Source: Perna viridis (taxonomy: Eukaryota). From it: DNA of 64,000 nt. Under the pieces are notes generated by a model. That model was not told the origin of the DNA and searched no databases. It saw nothing but the letters and a program-made list of their open reading frames with translations. The first letter of the stretch is position 1. The number at the start of each line of letters is the position of its first letter. A program made the position numbers and the translations under genes. Shown here one piece after another: positions 54,956 through 64,000 of this stretch. Location of the stretch: NCBI GenBank assembly GCA_037379345.1, contig CM074519.1, forward strand, positions 43,641,669 through 43,705,668. Reading direction: 5' to 3'.

Positions 54956-56200
54956 ATGGGATGGATTGGCTTGCTGAAGTTATTGCTGCATTTGACTGGA
55001 GTTAAGTCTTTGTTCTTCTGGTTTCAGCAATGGATATTTAGGGTAATCAGTTTGTTTGTTTTCTGTTGTTGTAAGAATAAAACTATCAATGATTTTACTT
55101 GAAATGTCAGAGTAATTTCATTTGATGTAAGTCATATGCATCATTATACATCATTCTTTGAATACTGGTTAACAAATGCTAATTATGATCTTTCAATTTT
55201 CCAAGCTTATTACATACAGATTGTCCTTCAGTCAGGATTACAGGATTTCTCCACTCAGATAGTTAAATTTTAGATTTTAACCCACAAGCTTTAGCCAGTG
55301 GGCTAAAATCTAAAATTTAACTGTCGAGAGTGGTGAAATCCTTTAACCCCTGAGAGAAATGAGGGAAAATCTGTTTCTCCCATGAATAAAAATAAAAAAA
55401 ACAACATCAACTATGTCATCAAGGACCTCCCCTGAAGTCCTCAAGTCATTGCATCATCGATATCACTACCATTATGATTAGTTGATAAACAAGGATTATT
55501 TTTACAGCAACAAGAAAGTACGAGAAAATTTCCAGCCATGGTCAAAATTAAGTGCTGTTAAATTAAACAACACCCTTAATTCTCCAAACATCAACTACGG
55601 CATGTGGCGGGAATTTACAAATTTTTAATCACTCGCTCGTGCAGTGTGAATGAAGCCTATGAATGGGAGAAATGTATTTATGGCCTTCTTAATTAGTATG
55701 TGGTTGAAAACAGAGCAGTTCAAATTTATTTTCAAGAATGGAAAGTCCTGACCATTTCCAAGCTATCATGTCTGTAAAATGTAAAGATTACAAATCACCA
55801 TTTTTCTATAACAAACCAAAAAAAATTGTTTTCATGTTTTATCAGATAGCAAGATATTTTTGGTCTTCATTATTGAAGAAAATGAAGAACAATAAGATAA
55901 GATCATTCCTAGAATATCAGGAGTGTTTTTGAAACTGTTGTAATTAAATATTATGTCAAGCTAAGATATGTTATAGTGTCCAAACTTACCCAACTTGTCT
56001 TAACAGTCTTAGTATCAAGATGTCTCTGATGGAGCAAACTAAATTTATTCAACTGTAAATAAAAATAATTATTTATTGATTGTCTTATAATTGAAGGAGA
56101 TATTTGGTTTTAGGATGATGAACAACAAAATGGAGATGACAGACTCAAGAGAATTCAAGATCTTGAAGAACAAGTTCTGTTATTAAAGGTTGAACAGGAG
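54956..56200 (+). CDS. Partial spliced gene candidate (5' part), W-rich hydrophobic segment plus coiled coil; possibly PRR11-like
   Basis: Exon 54886-55042 (tttcag acceptor, AGG|gtaatc donor, open frame, ATG 54956) joins in phase 0 to exon 56114-56200 (ttttag / GAG|gtaacc), giving MGWIGLLKLLLHLTGVKSLFFWFQQWIFR-DDEQQNGDDRLKRIQDLEEQVLLLKVEQE. No convincing further exon was found in the window. Confidence 0.45.
55242..55342. repeat. Long hairpin (part of an interspersed element)
   Basis: aggatttctccactc..agttaaattttagattttaacccac / gtgggctaaaatctaaaatttaact..gagtggtgaaatcct. Confidence 0.75.
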
Positions 56201-58737
56201 GTAACCATCTGAATAACCATTATCAGAATTCAAATAATACTGGCCCTGGCACCAAATAATTCATAAAATAAACTTTAATCCGAGAATGTTACCATGGAAA
56301 TCTAATATTTTCAGACTTAAGTATTTTAAAAGTTTTGATGAACCTAGACCTGATATTTCTCCTAATGACATAATGTATCTTCAGGCACTAAGTGATTTAT
56401 ATTTTAGGAAGAAAGTAGTACTTTGGAAGTTTCATGGAAATTTTGGTTCTTATTACCAATTTTGATGTCCGAGTAGAAATTTGTTTTCAAGCACACATTA
56501 AGACTTCCCAAAGTTGCCAGATCTAATAGTTATTCAAAACTACTTCCAACTCATAACTTGAAGAGGTACTGCATTCACTTTCAGTAGAATTATAAGCAAT
56601 ATTTGTCACATTGTTTGTTCTCACCTTTAGCTAATGTCTAAGTTCATGCCAATATCTGTTGGACCATAATTCAATGATACTTTGACTTGTAAAAGTGTCG
56701 TATTGACTTTTTCACTTCTATTTTGTCATGGACGGGCAAGTGGTCCTCCATAAGTTAATTGGTCAGGGCTCCTCGTTTTTTTATAATAATGATAAGATAT
56801 GCTGCTTCAATATTATATTAAATGAAGTTCATTTGTATTCATACAAGTACATGTAATTCTGTAAGTCAACAAAGATGATGATGGCCTTCCGAATTCTTCA
56901 GATATATATATAACTATAGAGTATAAGATGGGGAGCGTTGATGTGGTGGGATATTGCATCCTATCAAACTATTTTTATACATAATGTCAGGAAACAAATT
57001 TAACTTAAAAACTTTCTCCTTATTTTGCGACTGCTTGATTTCTTAGGATCTTAATGTAGAACCTATGAAAATCAAATTGAAAGTAAATAGTCGCCATTGT
57101 TGTTTGTATTGTAGAGGTATCTATAAATAGTTACAGTGCCTGGAATATGTGTAATGCTTATACGTGAAAGCACATAGTTATTATAGCTTGTATTTTATTT
57201 TGAATTGCTTATTTACGACTTTTAGTCAGCTAAAGATCCATTTCTGATCATTATAACGGCTGTTTACTTATTTTCTTGTCTTCTTTTCTTCAAGTTTCTT
57301 GTCTTCAGTAAGCTCAGGTCTTAAAGTTGACAGGTCTACTGACTGATGCGATATAACATGATGCTTCATCTTCCCGCCTTATATACTCTCGGATGCCAGC
57401 AGAAATATTCATACCTGGCCGGCATCTCAAAATAGTCAGAAAGGAGTAAATATATTCTAGCCGGCTCAGTACCAAAACTTTTACAACTATAAATGAAACG
57501 TTCGTTTAAATTTTCCCAGCATAAAACTTTGAATAAAGATAACTATACTCGGCATCACATAAATAAGATACTGTTAAAATTTGAATAAAAATATTTTCTA
57601 CGACTTCATTGACACCTACCATCATTTAATTTGTCATAAAAGACTTGCTCATTTGTTTAGCCAAATGGCTTTTCCCAAAACATTGAATCGTTAAATTCTG
57701 GTAAGATTTTAATTCTCGGTCCCAATATTTACATTGTCAAAAGTCAGTCATGTTTTGTTTTAATGGTTTGTCCAAAAATCGAAGAACCCAGAATGCATTT
57801 CGGCGTTAATTCAGATATCTCGGATTTATTCTATGCCAACATCGTACAACACCGAGAAGTTGATCAAGCAGACGATTGTCACCGGAGTTCGACGGGAACT
57901 TACGAACTTCGTTTGTAAACAAATCGTCCAGTAGAAACCAACATGGCGGATATTAGTATAGGATTTTCCCATAAGGATTTGTTACGCACTATTTCAGCCA
58001 ATGAACGACTCGTTGGAACTATCACATTATGCATATATGCGAACTATATTCTGATTAAATAAAAGAGAGACAACGCTAGAGGAAAGTCCTGACAGTTTAA
58101 AAAATAGAGGTTCAAATCGAAAATGTGCTGTATGTGACGTCGAGTATAATTACTTATGTGTAACTTCATCACAGTGTCGCTAAGGACGCTAAATACACAA
58201 ACGCTGATTGTAAACGTAGAACCTTAAAAAATAGTAAAAGTGAATTGACTTTACAGATTGAAACTATCAGATAAATAATTGGAAACTTTTAAACTTTAAC
58301 TGAGATGCGAAACATGTCTGTTTCTTAATAAAACTGAGATAATAAATATGTCCAAAAATAAAAACTTCCGGTTATGCGGGCGTGCTGACAAAATGAAAGT
58401 AGTCAATGAAATCTTAACTTTTTAAGGTAGCGGAAAAATTAGCAAAAGTATGACGATTCTACTGAAGCTGCAAATAGCTTGCATCTTTTGAACGGTAAAC
58501 ATTCATCCTTAAACGCACAAAATTCCTTAATTTCAACAAATATAGCCCATATTACTCCATCCCATAAATCTCATTACTTTTGTTTTGAACTTTTATCAAA
58601 TGAAACCTTTCCCAAATTATAACCTAAATGTAACAACTTTAAGCTTATGAAAGCTTGGAAAATGAAAGCAATTTGATGTTAATCAAATATAAAAAGACAT
58701 TAAAAGAACAAGGAATGCCTTCCTGGTGGTTATTACA

Positions 58738-58752
58738 CCCTCCCCACCTTAA
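58738..58752 (-). other. Polypurine tract preceding the 3' LTR
   Basis: The minus strand reads ttaaggtggggaggg followed directly by TGTAATAACC. Confidence 0.75.
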
Positions 58753-58909
58753 GTTCTGAATTCTCCTGTTCAAATTAGAGAAGAGGATTCAGAACTGATA
58801 AACATACAATTAATATACATACATTAAATAAAAGTCTGTCGTCTAATGTTTAGTGTCTAATGTCTATTTCTTGTCTAGTTTGTAGATGTAGATTCTTCAA
58901 CATCTTTTT

Positions 58910-60507
58910 TCAGGCGTAGTGGAACATGACGAATGCGGTTAAGTACTTATTCAATTGTTTTATCTGCTCATCAGATGCTGCACAAAAGATCTTTATCCAT
59001 TTCACTGATTCTTCTTTTATCCCACCATGGTGGATTTTCTTTAATAGGTTGTAATTCAAAAGCCTAATGTTTGCGGCAGGATTTTTGTCTGTAGTTCTAA
59101 CTAATGTCCTGGACAATGCCAAGAATGAATATCTGTCCAGGAGCTCACCTTGGGCCATGACCCCTCTTAAACATTCCAAGCTCATTGCTGTAAACATCAA
59201 TGTGGTGAGTTTTTCCTCTTGATCTAATTCTTGCCATCTTGGGGGGGTGGGGGGCAATAGAGGGCTGGTGTCAAGGCTACAGATTCCACCTTACCCCATT
59301 CTCTTCTGGCAGGTGGGACTAAAGGCATAACTCCCTCTGCAAGAAGTCTCCTTGCTTCGACTTTTACATCTAGAGTTTCAGCCTGAGTCTCAGAGGATAA
59401 AGTTGTATTTGAGTGATTTGAGTGATCTTTAGGCATGTCAGTTTCTGTCCCATCTTCCTGTGTAACTTGTTCTGCGTTGGTATCACAATCTTCATTAGGG
59501 ATTTGTATTATAACTTTCTCCACTATTTCAGTTTGACTCTCATCTGGTGTTTTCTCTTCACTTTTTGCTGCTTTTGCTTTTGTGGGGGTCAGGGACTTCC
59601 TTACATCCTTCTTTGGTGTCTTGGCCTTCACTATGGCTGTCTCTATCTGGCTAGGTGGCTCTGGCTCTGAAACTTCTACTTCGTCAATGACCCCCAGGTC
59701 CTTCTCTAAACCATCTGATTGAAGTTTCCTCTTTTTTAGTAGGAACTACAAATGACAAAATGGTCCTGTTCATCTTCCCAATGTACTTTTGGTCGATTCC
59801 AAGCTCTTTAGAGGCTCCTGAATGATCCCTGGTCTGTCCCCTACTAGGCTGTCAAATACTGCTGGGACTGTCCTGGTGGGTCTTTGGTGTAACCTTCTCA
59901 TCAGACCCTCTGATGATCTTCGGTCTGCAAACACCTCAGGTAGTATCTCCACTTTATACCACACATCACCAATTGTGGCTTCTTCATCCACCAGAAAGGC
60001 TATGCTACCAGCTGAAGACAGCTCTTGGTTTATCAGCTTTAACTTAGCTTCTGGTATATTGGGTCTGGTTGGGCTATATGTGTTAACAGCTTCTGGTTTT
60101 GCTAGATCCCAACCTTCTCTTCACTGCTGGATAGTCCTAGAACTTTTTCTCTTCAGCTTATTTAGCCATCTCTCCACTGCTGCTCTGGTTGTGATGGCAG
60201 TTGTAGATTGGTAGTCATTCGGTTTGCTTATTCTCTTGTAGTCATTTGGCTTGATGCACAACCAGAATGCATTACTCTCAGTGAAGAAGTCACCTCTCTT
60301 AGTCTCTTCTGTGACATATTGGTGCCTTTTGTCTACATGCTTTAATAATTCAGATGAAGTCCTATAAGTATTATCCTCATCAAAACACCACAGACATATT
60401 ACTCTCATGACAGAATGCTTGGCAGACGATGTATGGTTCTTCAGTTCTTTATTGGTGGCAAAGGACTCTGGGCACAACCAGTACTTCAACTGTACCATGG
60501 ATGTCAT
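58910..60507 (-). pseudogene. Accessory ORF of the Gypsy element (two C2H2-type zinc fingers, low-complexity linker, helical C-terminal domain), broken by stops/frameshifts
   Basis: ORF pieces 60507-60121 and 59991-59770 (same frame, one TGA between), 59631-59224 and 59257-58910 tile continuously between the integrase and the PPT. Confidence 0.65.
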
Positions 60508-60936
60508 CCTGAAACAACTAATGTTTCTCTTTTTGAGTTATTTAGTCATGTCATTTCTTGTATGCGACGTCCCACCACAATACTCCAACGCTCCAAGCCT
60601 TTTAAGATTTTTTTCTTCATTAAATCTTTATCTTCTCAAATTTTGTTGGAAGGCCATCATCCCGTCAGCACAAACAGCACACTTAACAGTCAAAGTCAAA
60701 TTTAAAGTTACAATACCAATATTTCAATTTTCCAACTTTCTGTTCTCTGCTTCAAAGTCAGAAACCTACTCATCTGACTAGTTTGATTTGACCACTGGTT
60801 GATGAGGCCAGCCTCAGATTCCTTAATTAAGGCCGTTTTCCTCTCTACTATTTGAAAAGCTAATTGAATTGTTATCTTCTTCCTCTTCTGTGCCATTTTG
60901 ACTTTCTCCTCTTAGATATTGTGTTGTCCATGATGG

Positions 60937-63889
60937 TTAATTTCTTCCAAAGTATAAAGCAAGCTTGTTAATATTATAGACTCTAGAGGGCTGGCGTATA
61001 GATCTCTTTACTCTATAGGTGACATCATCAATTTTCTTCTCAATAATGAACAGACCTTTCCAAGGTGATGTCAATTTTGAACTGACTCCTAACCTACGTA
61101 CAGGTTTGTAAACCCAGCCTGCTTGCCCACTTTTGAATGATCGTTTTCTAGCTTTCAAATCATAGTGACGCTTTTGATATTCAGATGATTGCTTCAAACT
61201 TTTCCTTGCATTTTCATGGTTTTCATGCAACTTTTTCTGCAGATTAAAGATATACTGTCCAGCAACACATGATGTTTGGCTGGTGTCAGAGTCCCTTGGA
61301 GTGCTGATGACTGCTTGTAGAGGCATAGTTATTTCCCTTCCAAAGACCATTGCATTGGGAGATTTGTAGGTAGACTTGTGGACCGAAGACCGATAAGCCA
61401 TCATGACCTGTTGGAGATATTCATCTGATTTGTTTTGTTGTTTTTCTCAATACATTGTCGACATAGTTGCTAAAGTTCTATTATATCTTTCCACAGATCC
61501 ATTTGACTGAGGCCTGTAGCTAGTAGTCCTTGTTTTGTCGATTCCTAATAGACTGCACATTTTCTTGAATAGTTCGGACTCAAATGATTTGCCTTTATCA
61601 GAATGAAGTTGAAGAGGTGTTCCAAATCTACAGATGAAGGTGTCAACGATAGCAGTTGCTACAACTATACTCTCCTGTGATGGGATAGGTATTGCTTCAA
61701 TCCACTTGGTGAAGGCGTCCATTACAACTAGGATGTACTTGTTTTTGTTCTTTGTTGTAGGAAGTGGTCCAAGGATGTCAACAAATTGGTAGGACACTAG
61801 AGGCGCTTTTATAGTCTTCTTCTTTGGCTTTGTGGCGAAGCATGGATCACATTGGCGACAGTAATCTTGTATGTATTCTTTCATTGCTGGCCAATAGACG
61901 TTTTCTAACACTCTCAATAGAGTTTGTTCTACACCCAGGTGGCCTTCTGTTGGAACATCATGGTAGTGTTTTAGAACTTCACCTCTCATGTTTGATGGCA
62001 GTATAAGCTGTATTTTTGTGTAATTGTTGTTATCACCTTCCCAGTGCCTATAATACACCATTGTGGAGTTCCAAGCGATACCATTGACTCTATATCATTT
62101 TCAAATGTGCTCCATTCACTGAGATGTTTTCCCAAGCTGGCCTTTCTTCATTTGTTTCCTTGGCAGTCATTATTGGTCCTATTGATTTATCAGACAGCTG
62201 ACTTTGTCGTATAGATGTCATCTCCCAGCCATCGAGAAGGATGCTATTTTTGTGTTTATCTTGCATGTTCCTTGTGATAACTCTAACCTCATGTGATTCT
62301 GATGGTACATTCCTTTGGTCAGAACACTGTAAGTTCATTACAGGCTTTGTTCTACAGGTATCTTTGATTGTAGTAGTCCCTATGTTCTAGTCATTCATCT
62401 GCTGGCTCCATGTTTTCCTTCAGCTTGATATTTGGTCAATTTATATACTGTCTCGACTCAAAATTCAGATGTTCTTGTCTTTTGCAAGACTTGCAGGGGG
62501 CTCTGCTCAGTGTGTCTGCATTTCCATGTTTTTGTCCACTTCGATGCGAGACTTCTAGGTTGTAGTTCCCTAGCGCTTAAAGCCACCTTGCTACTTGTCC
62601 GGAGGGGTTTTTCAGGTTCCCCATCCAACTGACAGCTGCATTGTTCTCTCTCGGTGTATCATCTGGCCGTACAGGTATGGATGGAACTTTTTAAGTGCGA
62701 TGGCGACAGCAAGTAGTTCTTTTCTGGTTGTACAATAAGATTCTTCATGTCTATTGAGATATATACTCATATAAGCTATGACTCTTTCTTTTCCTTCAAC
62801 TACTTGTGACAAAACAGCTCCAACCACAACATTGTTGGCATCTTTGTCAAGAATAAATTCTTTCCCCTCTGTGGGGTATGTCAAGACAGACGGGCTTATA
62901 AGTGACTGTTTCAGCTTCTCAAATGCCTCTTGGCACTCATCTGTCCAGTTGAGTCATTTCCCTTTACAGATTTTGTGCAAGGGTCTAGAATATTTGCAAA
63001 ATCTTTGAGGTAATGCCGATAGGAGCTACACAAACCTAGGAAGCTCTTCAGTTGTTTGACAGTCTTCGGAGTTGTCCACCCGTGTATTGCAGAAATTTTG
63101 TCTGGATCTGTGCTGATACCTTCTTCTGAGACTACGTGACCAAGGAAATTCACTGAAGTCTGGAACAGGATACATTTCGATGGTTTAAGTTTCAAGTTAG
63201 CTTCTCATAATCTGATAAATACATGTTCCAGTCTGGTTACTTCTTCTTCAATGGAGGGGGCAGGAACTATTATGTCATCCATGTACAGGAGGCATTCAGA
63301 CCATTGTAGACCTCTAAGGACATCTTCCATGAGTCTCTAAAAAACAGCTGGGCTTGTTGCCAAACCAAATGGTGTTACTGTGAACTGGTATAGTCCCTGG
63401 CTGGTGGAAAAAGCTATTTTTCCTCTTGTCTCTTGGGTCTAGCCCAAATTGAAAGAATCCTTGATTCAAGTCTAGGCAGCTATACCATTTAGAACCATTT
63501 AGTGATTCAAGGCAGTCACTAACTCTAGGTAACGGGCATGCATCATGGATGATAACTCTGTTAACTGCCCTAAAATCAACACAGAAAAGTATTAAACATC
63601 CTTCCTAGTCACCAGAACTACTGGCGACAACCAGGGACTGTTGGATGGCTCTATGACTCCTCTTTTCAACATCTTTTTTTTCTTTCTCTATCTCCCTTCT
63701 TCCAAGTGGTAGCCTTCTTGGTGCTTGTCTGATGGGTTGTGCTGTGCCAATGTTGATTCTATGTTGCACTCTGTCTGTCCTCCCAAGGTCATCAGCTGAC
63801 TTTGAGAATACATCCTGGAACCTGATCGACAGGTCTGCAACTTTATTCCTATCAGTCTTCTGCAGATGCTGTATGCTTCGTTTGAACAA
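60937..63889 (-). pseudogene. Gypsy pol (RT, RNase H, integrase) with multiple stops/frameshifts
   Basis: DLGRTDRVQHRINIGTAQPIRQAPRRLP; LYMDDII near 63270-63290; LKPSKC..FLGHVVSEEGISTDPDKI; FILDKDA..VGAVLSQ..YCTTRKELLA; HDVPTEGHLG..YWP..CRQCDPC; VDILGPLP..LHSDKG..YRPQSNGSVERYNRTL; W-K-G-L-F (GPY/F-like). Confidence 0.93.
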
Positions 63890-64000
63890 GTCTTGGATAT
63901 GTTCTGGAATCTCAGTGGGACCATGAGCCTCTACCGTACTCTGTTGTAGTGCGTCATTACCTGTGGTTCCAACTGATAGTATGACTCACATGTTTCTATG

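Larger units (their letters stand above)
58691..64000 (-). mobile_element. Ty3/Gypsy LTR retrotransposon, decayed; runs off the window's right edge
   Basis: RT-RNaseH-integrase order on the - strand, with a PPT followed by TG marking the 3' LTR start at 58737. The left boundary of the LTR could not be determined. Confidence 0.92.

Noticed and set aside
55990-56052. Minus-strand exon-like segment (tttacag ... TGG|gtaagt, 63 nt)
   Set aside because: The splice signals are good, but there is no partner exon or recognisable peptide, and SKA2 already has a complete start exon and promoter. At most it is an upstream non-coding exon.
59422-60781. Plus-strand ORFs within the Gypsy 3' region
   Set aside because: They are antisense shadows of the minus-strand accessory ORF.

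Overview
AT-rich, intron-rich metazoan genomic DNA. The repeat landscape suggests a bivalve such as Mytilus, which is inference only. Hand-splicing with GT-AG junctions and consistent phases gives five complete genes and one partial candidate, arranged as three consecutive head-to-head pairs. Pair 1 is SFSWAP (-, 16 exons, ~829 aa) and TMEM199/VMA12 (+, 6 exons, ~195 aa). Pair 2 is a divergent FBXO39 paralog with a ~600-aa acidic/disordered tail (-, ~1040 aa) and a canonical FBXO39 (+, ~430-454 aa). Pair 3 is a long SKA2 carrying a SKA1-like C-terminal microtubule-binding domain (-, 9 exons, ~263 aa) and an unannotated + strand spliced candidate that may be PRR11-like. The window ends in a decayed Ty3/Gypsy LTR retrotransposon (-) with an accessory C2H2 zinc-finger ORF between pol and the PPT. 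Introns hold many MITE-like inverted repeats, LINE 3' fragments and minisatellites. The most striking structure is a ~26-copy 64-bp array built from the 3' end of SFSWAP exon 14 plus its own 5' splice site. All coordinates were counted by hand and no searches were run.
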